A stretch of DNA of 64,000 nucleotides from an uncultured Methanoregulaceae archaeon. GTDB taxonomy: Archaea; Halobacteriota; Methanomicrobia; Methanomicrobiales; Methanospirillaceae. Position 1 is the stretch's first letter. Each line of letters starts with the position of its first letter. Positions 54,761 through 64,000 of this stretch are shown here, one piece after another. The notes beneath the pieces are model-generated. The model was not told the DNA's origin. It searched no databases and worked only from the letters and a program-made list of their open reading frames with translations. The position numbers and the translations under genes are program-made. The stretch covers positions 992,001-1,056,000 of the forward strand of contig OY970061.1 of assembly GCA_963705255.1 (NCBI GenBank). Reading direction: 5' to 3'.

Positions 54761-55684
54761 ATGAAATTCAACAAAGACGAGGTCTGCATCCTCATCCCCA
54801 CGCTCAATGAAGGTCCCACTATTGGAACTGTTGTCAGGGAATTCAAGGGACTCGGATACGACCATATTCTCGTAGTTGACGGGAAGAGTACCGATAACAC
54901 GGTAAAAATTGCCCGGGAAGCCGGGGCAAATGTCCGCACACAATCGGGCGTGGGCAAAGGCAATGCAATTATCGAGGCTTTTGAAGTCATCGAGCAGCCT
55001 TATATTCTCATGGTTGACGGTGACGGCACCTACTCGGCAAAAGATGCGGAAAAGATGCTGACCCCCCTGTTCCTGGGATTTGACCAGGTCATCGGGGATC
55101 GCCTCATCAACGCAGAAGAAGGCTCATTCTCTGGGCTCAACCTCTTTGGCAACCATATGCTGAACCTCCTTTTCAAAGTGGCCCACAGCAGGGACCTTCA
55201 TGATATCCTGTCGGGATACCGCGCCTTCACCAAGTTAGCGGTCCAGCAGATGCATCTGAAAGAGAAAGGGTTCGAGATCGAAACGGAAATCTCAGTTGAG
55301 TCCGTGCGGAACGGCCAGAGGATCATGGTCGTCCCCATCCGGTATTCCCGGCGCCCGGGGACGGCGACAAAACTTTCCCCGTTCCATGACGGTATCAAGA
55401 TTGTGAGCACGATATACCGGCTTGCACGGGTCAATAACCCCATGTTCTATTTTGGCATGATGGGCATTTTCACATCCCTCTTGGGCATCCTCACCGGGAT
55501 TTATGTCGTGCAGGAGTGGCTGCACGGGATCAACCACATTCCCCTGACGATCCTCACGGTGCTGCTTATCGTCGTTGGTATAGAAATTTTCATGTTCGGT
55601 ATGATCAGCGATATGCTTCTTGTCTTCCACCGGGAAATTATCCGTGAGATCCAGCTCCTCCAGTCCCCGAAGTCTCCGAAGTAA
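54761..55684 (+). CDS. aglJ: GT2 N-glycosylation glycosyltransferase AglJ-like
   Basis: LIPTLNE, VVDG.STD, MVDGDGTY, DILSGYRAF, FEIETE, two C-terminal TM helices. Confidence 0.88.
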   Translation: MKFNKDEVCILIPTLNEGPTIGTVVREFKGLGYDHILVVDGKSTDNTVKIAREAGANVRTQSGVGKGNAIIEAFEVIEQPYILMVDGDGTYSAKDAEKMLTPLFLGFDQVIGDRLINAEEGSFSGLNLFGNHMLNLLFKVAHSRDLHDILSGYRAFTKLAVQQMHLKEKGFEIETEISVESVRNGQRIMVVPIRYSRRPGTATKLSPFHDGIKIVSTIYRLARVNNPMFYFGMMGIFTSLLGILTGIYVVQEWLHGINHIPLTILTVLLIVVGIEIFMFGMISDMLLVFHREIIREIQLLQSPKSPK

Positions 55685-55707
55685 TCTTTTCTGCCTTGTC
55701 CTGAAAA

Positions 55708-55728
55708 TTTTTTTAATACCACACGGTT
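55708..55728 (+). repeat. Left direct repeat of AT-rich cassette (TTTTTTTAATACCACACGGTT)
   Basis: 20/21 identical to 57017..57037. Confidence 0.8.
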
Positions 55729-55973
55729 GATTGTTAATTATTTAAAAAATAATTTGAATAAAGTTCAATTTCCCCATAGCAGCACTTTAACACCGATGGT
55801 GCGATGCTCTTTTCTGAAAAATCTTAAGTACTAGCGAAAGTGCAATCAATTTGACACTGTTTTTTTCATCCATATACAAATGTGAATAACGACATCACAC
55901 ATTCGATTAAACAATACGTTTATTATTCACCTAATTATAATTGCATTGAATAGCAGATTTGCTGGAATCCCCA

Positions 55974-56528
55974 ATGCCAGATGAAATTCCCCAAATAGAT
56001 GAAAAGTGCGACGAGGAAACTATAGCAAAAGATGAGCTTATTCTAAATTTGATTTCACGTCGTAATGATGCGGAATTTGAAAGAAATAACATTCTTGACA
56101 ACAAAGCAAGTGGCATTATTGGATTTGCTGGAATTATTATCGGTCTACTTGGAACTATAATTTCATTTTTATTAGATAAATTAACTCAGGGATCATCTCT
56201 TTTAATTTACTATAACAGTTATCGAGTAATTTTACTATTTGGAATTTTGTTTTTAGCAGCAGCAATAATCTTATGTTGCTATGCATATTCGATTAAAGTC
56301 TATACGATAGTTCCAAAAACAGATATGTTAATTGAAAATTATGCGAGGGATAAAAAAAAGAATAAATGCACTGTTATTCGTGTTGTTGGTCAAGAAATTT
56401 CTCTAGGAATCTTAAAAAATGCTGCAATTAATGATGAAAAAGCGAAATGTGTGAAGTATGGATTACGATTATATGCCTTTGGAATGGCATTAACCGTACT
56501 TTTTTTTATAGGTCTTTTAATGGTTTAA
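55974..56528 (+). CDS. 3-TM membrane protein (resembles Pycsar-effector/DUF5706-like topology)
   Basis: LDNKASGIIGFAGIIIGLL TM1, TM2, cytoplasmic loop, N..K..C followed by TM3; very AT-rich. Confidence 0.75.
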   Translation: MPDEIPQIDEKCDEETIAKDELILNLISRRNDAEFERNNILDNKASGIIGFAGIIIGLLGTIISFLLDKLTQGSSLLIYYNSYRVILLFGILFLAAAIILCCYAYSIKVYTIVPKTDMLIENYARDKKKNKCTVIRVVGQEISLGILKNAAINDEKAKCVKYGLRLYAFGMALTVLFFIGLLMV

Positions 56529-56540
56529 AGAGGTCAACTT

Positions 56541-56684
56541 ATGGAGAAAGAACAGGTTATTGGTAAAAAAGCACCGCCGGAAAAATCCAGTGATACCCAA
56601 ACAGTGTCATGGGGCACTAATGATCGAACATTAAGAGATGTTCAACTGAATAAACAACCTATTCCGAAAAGAGGGAAGAAGTAA
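56541..56684 (+). CDS. SWGT-motif peptide 1 (47 aa)
   Basis: MEKEQVIGKKAPPEKSSDTQTVSWGTNDRTLRDVQLNKQPIPKRGKK; GAGGT RBS at 56530-56534. Confidence 0.8.
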   Translation: MEKEQVIGKKAPPEKSSDTQTVSWGTNDRTLRDVQLNKQPIPKRGKK

Positions 56685-56816
56685 ATGGCGGAGAAAGAAA
56701 AAACCGATGAGAAGCCAAAAACAGAATCATGGGGTACTGAAGATCCTAAGATTAGAGAAGATCGAGCGTTATCAAGAAATGAGGAGCGCAAGAAGAAAGA
56801 ACTAAACGAAGAGTGA
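56685..56816 (+). CDS. SWGT-motif peptide 2 (43 aa)
   Basis: MAEKEKTDEKPKTESWGTEDPKIREDRALSRNEERKKKELNEE; ATG abuts the previous TAA. Confidence 0.8.
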   Translation: MAEKEKTDEKPKTESWGTEDPKIREDRALSRNEERKKKELNEE

Positions 56817-56820
56817 TCAA

Positions 56821-56955
56821 ATGACTGACGAACCTAAAAAAAGGCAGGAACCAACTAATACAACAAGCTGGGGAACAGCTGATCCAAGTTTGAGAGATGA
56901 AATCAAAGAAGCAAGAGTTCCTCGAAAACGTGATCCCAATGAAATAATCAAATAA
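56821..56955 (+). CDS. SWGT-motif peptide 3 (44 aa)
   Basis: MTDEPKKRQEPTNTTSWGTADPSLRDEIKEARVPRKRDPNEIIK; starts 4 bp after the previous stop. Confidence 0.8.
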   Translation: MTDEPKKRQEPTNTTSWGTADPSLRDEIKEARVPRKRDPNEIIK

Positions 56956-57016
56956 TCTTCTTTTACAATTTTTATAAATGTTTAATTATAGATATTTCAA
57001 AAATTGGTTTTCTATG

Positions 57017-57037
57017 TTTTTTTAATACCACACTGTT
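57017..57037 (+). repeat. Right direct repeat of AT-rich cassette (TTTTTTTAATACCACACTGTT)
   Basis: 20/21 identical to 55708..55728; GC content returns to host level after it. Confidence 0.8.
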
Positions 57038-57328
57038 ACGGTAAATACCTTGAGAAATAACCGGAATGATGGTAGGGCAGTGCTGAACCCGCCTGTCTCG
57101 TATGGAGTGGGTGGGACTCAGGAATATAAAAAGCAACAGAGGTGAAAAAAGTCATCGGCTGCAGCATTTCTTGCACGCTTTTATGCATACCGGAGAGCGC
57201 CGGTTCAGGTGAGCAATGCGGGATAAAGCGAGGGGAATCGATGTTCGTTCGCAAAGAGAGAGAAGAACAATTTCCGGATTGGGATTTTTTCCGAAAACCT
57301 TTTTTGTGTATTTCCTAAAGAATTACTT

Positions 57329-57547
57329 ATGCAGTCGATAGATGGGTATATCGGGTATACGCGTCGGGAATATTGTAATGATGTGAAATGCCCGATACAA
57401 CTGCTCCTGAATAACGAAGTGGAAAAATCTCCCAAATATGAAGAAATCCGGGCGATTTGTGCTTCCAATTGTCTCCACAGCACCCATGAATTTCACCACT
57501 GGTTGACAGGGAAGGGATATCTCGTCGTCAGACCGGAGCACAAATAA
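57329..57547 (+). CDS. Small Cys/His putative metal-binding protein
   Basis: YC...KCP.Q, IC...C.H...FHHWL...GY. Confidence 0.7.
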   Translation: MQSIDGYIGYTRREYCNDVKCPIQLLLNNEVEKSPKYEEIRAICASNCLHSTHEFHHWLTGKGYLVVRPEHK

Positions 57548-57597
57548 CCCCAGCTTTTTATACATTTGTGTATCACTAATTCTCGTGAAGTGTCCCC

Positions 57598-58422
57598 ATG
57601 GTACATGCATATCTTGATATTGGAATCCAGAGCCGGATGAACCGGATAATCAATCCGAAAGATAACCGGGTAGTGATGCTTGCGATAGACCATCCCTATT
57701 TCCAGGGACCGACAACGGGCCTCCGCACCATGAGTAACACCATAACAACACTCCTCCCCTATTGCGATTGCCTGATGACGACACGCGGGGCAGTGCGGTC
57801 CAATATTGCGCCCGAAAATGTCGGGTCAAAACCCATCATGTTACGTGTTACCGGGGGAAACAGCGTCTTAAATGAAGAGTTAAGTGATGAAAAGCTCACG
57901 GTTACAATAAAAGAAGCCATCCGGATGGATGCGGCCGGTGTCGCGGTCAGTGTGTATATAGGCTCTGCCAATCAGCAACAGACTATTCTCAACCTCACCG
58001 ACATGATCAACCAGGCCGGCGAATACGGAATTCCCGTTCTGGCAGTAACAGCCGTGGGGAAAAACATGGCCCGGGATTTGCGCTATCTGGCGCTTGCATC
58101 CCGTATCTGCCAGGATGCCGGGGCCCGGATTATCAAGACTTATTATTGTGAGGAATTTTCCCGGCTTGTCGACTGGGTTTCCCCGACTGCTGTCGTGGTT
58201 GCAGGAGGGAAATACTCAAGTCCTCCTGACGCTCTCCAGATGGCCTACGACTCTGTCCAGGCCGGTGCTGTCGGAGTTGATTTCGGACGAAATATTTTCC
58301 AGGATGCCAATCCTGTCGGCATGATCAAAGCCATTGGTTCAATTGTCCATGGAAATCATACCGTAAAGGAAGCCCTGGATATTTACAATGCATGCTTACC
58401 CGGTGCATGCAAGCTCGACTGA
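57598..58422 (+). CDS. lsrF: LsrF-like class I aldolase/thiolase
   Basis: MLAIDH.YFQGPTTGL, AVTAVGK.M.RD.RY..LA.RI, IKTYYC, AGG, GVDFGRNIFQ. Confidence 0.85.
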   Translation: MVHAYLDIGIQSRMNRIINPKDNRVVMLAIDHPYFQGPTTGLRTMSNTITTLLPYCDCLMTTRGAVRSNIAPENVGSKPIMLRVTGGNSVLNEELSDEKLTVTIKEAIRMDAAGVAVSVYIGSANQQQTILNLTDMINQAGEYGIPVLAVTAVGKNMARDLRYLALASRICQDAGARIIKTYYCEEFSRLVDWVSPTAVVVAGGKYSSPPDALQMAYDSVQAGAVGVDFGRNIFQDANPVGMIKAIGSIVHGNHTVKEALDIYNACLPGACKLD

Positions 58423-58464
58423 TTTTTTATCTCTTAAACAGTTACTCTCCACTCGTGAACAGGA

Positions 58465-59517
58465 ATGAAAGCAGCGGTCTATTATAAGAACAGTGACATC
58501 CGCACCGAGGATGTTGAAGATCCGGCAGTCGGACCAGGAGAGATCAAGGTCAGGATCATGGCGTGCGGAGTGTGCGGGTCGGATGTCATGGAATGGTACC
58601 GGATTAAGCGTGCGGGAAGGCCCGGCGGGATCGGGGCCTTTGGGCATGAATGCACGGGAATCATTGCAGAAGCCGGTCCCGGCGCAGACAAAAAATGGAA
58701 GGTGGGAGACCGGGTCGTGGTCACCCATCATGTACCATGCACTACGTGTAATGCCTGTATACGCGGGCATACGACCGCATGTGACACGCTGCAAAAAACC
58801 AAATTCAAGAATGCGTACGGGGCGTTTGCGGAATATGTGGTGCTGCCCGCAATCAACGTGGACCGGGGTATATTACGCCTCCCCGAATCGGTTTCTTTTG
58901 ATGCGGGAACCTTTGTTGAACCCCTCGGGTGTGTAGTCCGCGGGCAGCAACTGGCTCCGACCTCGGATGGCCGGTCAGTCCTTATCATTGGCGCCGGGAT
59001 CACCGGACTGCTGCATGTCCAGGCAGCCCGGCTGAACGGTGCGGGATTTATTGCTGTTTCCAACCCGAGTCCTGATCGGTTGAAGGCCGCCCGGAAATTC
59101 GGTGCCGATGCAACCATTTCCGCTACGGAAGATGTTCCCGGAAGGTTTAAAGAATTAAATGGCGGCCTGGGCGCAGACACCGTCATCATGACCGCACCGG
59201 TTCCCGTCTGCGTGAAACAGTCGCTTGACGCAGTCGGACCCGGGGGTACGATCTTATTTTTTGCCCCCACAAATCCTGAGATCCAATCCGAAATCAATCT
59301 CTGGAACCTGTGGCAGAAAGAGATCACAATCACCCATTCCTATGCTGCCGATCTCCATAACCTGACAACTGCCCTGAAATGGATCCAGTATAACCGGATA
59401 AATGTAGCCGATATGATAACCCATGTTCTTCCCTTACAAGAAACGGCTGAAGGTTTTCTCCTGACTGCCCGGCACCGGGACGGTAGTTTAAAAGTTATCA
59501 TCCATCCACAGGAATAA
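58465..59517 (+). CDS. Zn-dependent (sorbitol/threonine-type) dehydrogenase
   Basis: CGVCGSD, GHE, C..C..C.......C, GAGITG. Confidence 0.9.
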   Translation: MKAAVYYKNSDIRTEDVEDPAVGPGEIKVRIMACGVCGSDVMEWYRIKRAGRPGGIGAFGHECTGIIAEAGPGADKKWKVGDRVVVTHHVPCTTCNACIRGHTTACDTLQKTKFKNAYGAFAEYVVLPAINVDRGILRLPESVSFDAGTFVEPLGCVVRGQQLAPTSDGRSVLIIGAGITGLLHVQAARLNGAGFIAVSNPSPDRLKAARKFGADATISATEDVPGRFKELNGGLGADTVIMTAPVPVCVKQSLDAVGPGGTILFFAPTNPEIQSEINLWNLWQKEITITHSYAADLHNLTTALKWIQYNRINVADMITHVLPLQETAEGFLLTARHRDGSLKVIIHPQE

Positions 59518-59811
59518 CATCTTTTTGCTCCATTATCTGCATTGTGGTCTGATGCATTCGCGGGACGGTTGGAATAGCAGCTCATTTCAGATTACGAAGA
59601 AAACGATCTCATCGGGTCCCGACCGTGCAGAAGAACCGGTTCCCGGATATTCTTTAAAAAAAAGTTTTTAGGCCTTTTTTTACCTTTCGCGGGAATGCAA
59701 GAGATTATTACTACTTCTGACATAACCCCTTTTTATACAGGATCGCACTCATCTCGCTTCTCCGGCATTCCGTTGCGAACGAAATGCGGCCCTGGATTCA
59801 GGATGTGAATC

Positions 59812-61402
59812 GTGAATCTGCGACAACCCAATGCAAATGAGGCAACAGGTACCATAAACCGTTCGAGAAATGTCTCCCCAATGTCCGGGATCTGTTCCCG
59901 GTGTATTGACGGGTGCAAGGGAAACTGCGAGTTATGGCTGTCATCATTCCGGGGGAGGGAAGTACCTCTATCCCGGACCATTCGGGGAAGTCACTGCGGG
60001 GGCTGACAAGAATTATCCCGTCGACTATTCCCACCTCAACATCCAGGGGTATGCCGTCGGTGCCAAAGGTATGCCTGAAGGTGTAGAGGCAGGTCCTGAT
60101 ACCGCGGTCTTCTCATCGGTCAATACCGAGACATCGTACGGGTGGAATCTCAAAGTAAAGATGCGCCTCCCCATCTTTACCGGTGCTTTGGGTTCGACTG
60201 AGATCGCACGGGTGAACTGGGAGCAGATTGCAATTGGAGCAGCGATTTCCGGAATAACCTGTGTCTGCGGTGAAAATGTCTGTGGTGTTGACCCCCAGCT
60301 TGAACTGGACATGAATGGAAAAGTGAAAAAATCGCCGGAAATGGACAGGCGCGTGGAAATTTACCGCCGTTTTTCTGAAGGATACGGTGAAATGCTGGTC
60401 CAGATGAATGTCGAGGACACACGGATCGGTGCTGCTGAATATGTGGCGAGCAGGCATAACTTGGAAACGATCGAACTCAAATGGGGCCAAGGTGCAAAAA
60501 GTATCGGGGGTGAGATCAAAGTCCCGACTCTGGAACGCGCGGCCGAGTTGAAAAAAAGAGGGTATATCGTACTACCGGACCCGACGGTGAAAGTACATCA
60601 GATATCCTTTAAATCAGGTGCCGTAAGGGAGTTCGAACGTCACTCAAGACTAGGGTTTGTGACCCGGGAGGGATTTCTGGAAGAAGTTGATCGTCTCCGG
60701 GATATCGGCTTCAAACGGATCACCCTGAAGACCGGGGCCTATTCCGCGGTGGAACTTGCAATGGCCATCCGGTATGGAGCAGAAGCAAAGATAGACCTGC
60801 TCACCATCGATGGGGCCTCGGGAGGTACGGGTATGAGTCCGTGGCCGATGATGAATGAGTGGGGGATCCCCACTTTTTACCTCCAGTCACTGATGTACGA
60901 ATTCTGCGAGCGGTTGAGCCGCAAGGGTATGAAAGTCCCGGATATCGCGATGGCCGGGGGGTTCACGGATGAGCCAAACGTCTTCAAGGCACTGGCCATG
61001 GGAAGCCCTTACGTTAAGGCGGTCTGTATGGGGAGGGGCCTGATGATTCCCGCGATGGTGGGAAAAAATATCGGCAAGTGGCTTGCTGCCGGTGAACTGC
61101 CGAAAACCGTCTCGAAATACGGGACGGTTGCAGAAAAGATATTTGTCTGTTATGAGGATCTGAAGCAGAAATATGGAGAACGTATGAAAGAAATACCACT
61201 CGGCGCACTTGGCATGTATACCTTTGCCGAGAAGTTCCGGACCGGTTTCCAGCAGATTATGGCAGGAACCAGAAATTTCTCCATACCGTATGTTTCGCGC
61301 CGGGACGTCATGGCGCTTACCGAGGAGGCTGCAACTATTTCCGGTATCGCCTACGTAATGAAGGCTTATAAAGATGAGGCGCTTGAAATTCTGCTGGACT
61401 GA
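59812..61402 (+). CDS. FMN-binding glutamate synthase family protein (frameshift near 59960)
   Basis: NLRQPNANEA...SGICSRCIDGC, YPGPFG, ELKWGQGAK, TLKTGAY, DGASGGTGMSPW. Confidence 0.88.
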
Positions 61403-61450
61403 TGAACATCAGGCTCTGAATTTTTTAGCGAACCACTATTTATATACCGA

Positions 61451-62599
61451 TTATTTATTCACTGTCGGCCCAATACTGAACGCTTCCAGAAGCCGTAGTG
61501 TGATACGGGTACCAAGTGTCGGCTGGATCGACTCCAGCCAGAGGAAGAAACCCACCCGGGACGGGGTCGGGCGCTCGAACTTGAAATGGCCGTCTTTATG
61601 CTGGATCATTTTATGATACTCTTTTTTCTGCCGCGAACGCAGGTAGATGATAATCTCGTAACCGGGAAGATCGGTGGCGATGATAGCTTTGGTATAATAT
61701 TTTGAAAAATCGGCAAACTCGATCTTCCTTCCCTTCACACTCAACCCGTAAATATCACAGAGGGATTTTACCGATTGCGGAAATATCCCCCCGTAGAGCA
61801 CTTTTTTTACCAGCTGGCCCGTCTGGTCTGATATCTCCGGGTGCATCCTGCCACCGGATTTGCTGATCTCGGAGAAGATACGGTCTCGGACTTCATCATG
61901 ATATTGCTTATAATCAAAGGGTCTTTTGATAGGAATTTCGGTTGCCCGTATCAACTTCGGGTGGTTCTCAGGAGTATTGTAGAGGATTCTAGGACGGTAA
62001 TGTTTGACAAGCGACTTGATCTGCTCGCAGGAGCTTGTATGGATGATCGCATTGGTCTTGTCCTTTGCAAGCCGTTTGACAACGGAATAATTCGATAAAT
62101 CGAACGAGGAGACCAGCAGAAAAGGTGTTGTCTTCTGTGCGTAGAGGTAGCCAAGGAGTTTTTTCTTGAATGCAATCTCCTGCTCGAACTCTTTCAAGTC
62201 TGAAGGAGAGGTCACGACTTCGGCAAATGCCACATGGTTATCGGAATCTACGAGAAGAAGATCAAACTCCGCAAGGTCCTGGCCATTGCCCCTCACCGTA
62301 ATATCCCCGTATTTTGAATAGAAAAGCCCGTTCTGGCCAAGCCTCACTTCTTCCCGCTTTCTCGGGGCATCGGCACCTTTCATGGCAAGGTATTTGATGC
62401 GGTTTGATCTCTTGGAGATCTCAAGAAACATCTCATACACGATTGCTTCAAACCAGCGTCCTTCGGCGGTCCGCATCGGTTCAATGTCAGGAGAGAATAA
62501 TTTTCTGCGTTCAACCTTGTTCATGTGTCTCGTGGCGTTGAGCGCAATTGCCGCATTGGGTTTGAAATTTTTAAAATTGGAACTCAGCCACGGTATCAT
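61451..62599 (-). CDS. Hypothetical protein with PD-(D/E)xK-like motif
   Basis: GRWFEAIVYE...AEFDLLLVD....AFAEV. Confidence 0.6.
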   Translation of the reverse strand: MIPWLSSNFKNFKPNAAIALNATRHMNKVERRKLFSPDIEPMRTAEGRWFEAIVYEMFLEISKRSNRIKYLAMKGADAPRKREEVRLGQNGLFYSKYGDITVRGNGQDLAEFDLLLVDSDNHVAFAEVVTSPSDLKEFEQEIAFKKKLLGYLYAQKTTPFLLVSSFDLSNYSVVKRLAKDKTNAIIHTSSCEQIKSLVKHYRPRILYNTPENHPKLIRATEIPIKRPFDYKQYHDEVRDRIFSEISKSGGRMHPEISDQTGQLVKKVLYGGIFPQSVKSLCDIYGLSVKGRKIEFADFSKYYTKAIIATDLPGYEIIIYLRSRQKKEYHKMIQHKDGHFKFERPTPSRVGFFLWLESIQPTLGTRITLRLLEAFSIGPTVNK

Positions 62600-62796
62600 G
62601 ATACAGTAAAGAATTACTGGTCTAATAGTAGATAACAATCTGCTTTGCTGCCGATTAGTCGTATTTTCACCGCATCTAGATACTTATAGAAAAATATATA
62701 TGTACATGCAAGATATTGCCTTCGTACCTCAGGACAGCATTCATTTCTGTATTCAAGAGGACATAAGAAGGGAAAGGGAAGGCGAGGGGATACTTG

Positions 62797-63153
62797 ATGG
62801 TTACTGTAAAAAAAGTGAGTGGCTCAGTATCATTGCCCCGGTATTTCATGCCGGATGCATCAGAATCGGACTACCTGGAGATCCTCAACCAGGTTCAGGA
62901 ATGCCCGAGCTCCCAGATAGGAAATTCCTATTTTTATATCCGGACTAGTGATGGATATGTATCCCTGTGCCGGATAATACCCGGTGCCGGGAAAGTGTTC
63001 TTCCATGAGATCGTGGATCATCAGAAATACGGAATTTCCGATGAGGATATCAAGAGGGCAATTTATGAGGACCAGAATACCTTTACGTTGCCAGGTCATC
63101 ATCCGGTTTCATCTCATATCGAGATGAAATTACATGCTTTCTTGGGATTATAA
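62797..63153 (+). CDS. Hypothetical protein
   Basis: 118-aa ORF with GAGG RBS, divergent from the previous gene. Confidence 0.6.
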   Translation: MVTVKKVSGSVSLPRYFMPDASESDYLEILNQVQECPSSQIGNSYFYIRTSDGYVSLCRIIPGAGKVFFHEIVDHQKYGISDEDIKRAIYEDQNTFTLPGHHPVSSHIEMKLHAFLGL

Positions 63154-63259
63154 CAATCTTTCCCGGTTTACCTGCAATATTATAAACATAATTTTGACTC
63201 GATTTTCGTAAAAGGGATATGATCCAGATTGATACCGGAGCTTCAGATTGAAACAACCT

Positions 63260-63598
<339 letters not shown>

Positions 63599-63604
63599 TC
63601 AAAA

Positions 63605-63982
63605 TCAGCACCGCTCTCTCTGCTAGGAGATGTCGAAACCGGCATATTCCTCCTCTTCAGTTACGCGAAGGCCAATAGTTTTGTCGATAATGATTGCAAG
63701 TATGTATGTTATAACAAACGCATAGATAAGGGCAGCGAAAGTACTTGCAGCACATGGTACAAACGAATGGATGTTTCCTCCCAGAAACCCCGATGCTCAA
63801 TTGACCGCTACTGCCAGCAAAGATGACGGTGCCGAGTGCACCGTTGACAAACGACAGGGTGATCATGTCGAAGTTCTTCCAGCGCACCAGCCCACTATAG
63901 AAAATGCCCACCCCGGCGTCATGATCATCACGAGCGCCGTTGAGGCAAGAATCCATGCTGTTGCTCCAGAATCAATTGCCAT
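63605..63982 (-). pseudogene. amt: Ammonium transporter remnant with internal deletion
   Basis: N-terminus MAIDSGATAWILASTALVMIMTPGVGIFYSGLVR joined within about 380 bp to C-terminus IIDKTIGLRVTEEEEYAGFDIS*; frameshifts present. Confidence 0.85.
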
Positions 63983-64000
63983 CTAAATCACCGGTAAGAA

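Noticed and set aside
56541-56955. SWGT repeats as a DNA-level repeat or mini-CRISPR
   Set aside because: Nucleotide identity breaks at synonymous positions while amino acids are kept, so the repeat is at protein level.
59625-59650. NrpR operator upstream of the glutamate synthase gene
   Set aside because: AGAAGAACCGGTTCC does not fit GGAA-N6-TTCC.
1-61402. Frameshifts in ade, the MerA-like gene, dnaK, grpE, the histidine kinase, acyl-CoA synthetase, trm5, pok and glutamate synthase as programmed frameshifting or mass pseudogenisation
   Set aside because: They are isolated single-base indels in otherwise intact and often essential genes, with no shared slippery site. Long-read consensus error is more likely; read pileups would settle it.

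Overview
Archaeal chromosome segment from a methanogen, most consistent with Methanomicrobiales (Methanoregula-like), based on methanogenesis marker 8, TBP, MCM, two RFC small subunits, archaeal CoA genes, AglJ and GlnK. Left part (about 4-21 kb): a minus-strand oxidative/heat-stress cluster (MerA-like reductase, ferredoxin, encapsulin with ferritin-like cargo, SOD, Hsp20s, grpE-dnaK-dnaJ, two-component pair). Four of its promoter regions share a 21-bp motif. About 22-26 kb: a decayed accessory island beside tRNA-Leu(CAG) with toxin-antitoxin genes and two odd repeat arrays. About 26-55 kb: mostly housekeeping, plus two strongly hairpin-forming non-coding elements (30.2 kb and 34.75-35.4 kb). 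The best candidate for an undescribed system is a 1.3-kb AT-rich cassette at 55.7-57.0 kb. It is bounded by a 21-bp direct repeat and encodes a 3-TM membrane protein followed by three unannotated 43-47 aa paralogous peptides sharing the motif T-x-S-W-G-T-x-D-[PR]-x-[LI]-R-[DE]. About nine conserved genes carry single-base frameshifts, probably assembly errors. All family assignments come from motif recognition by eye; no database searches were run.
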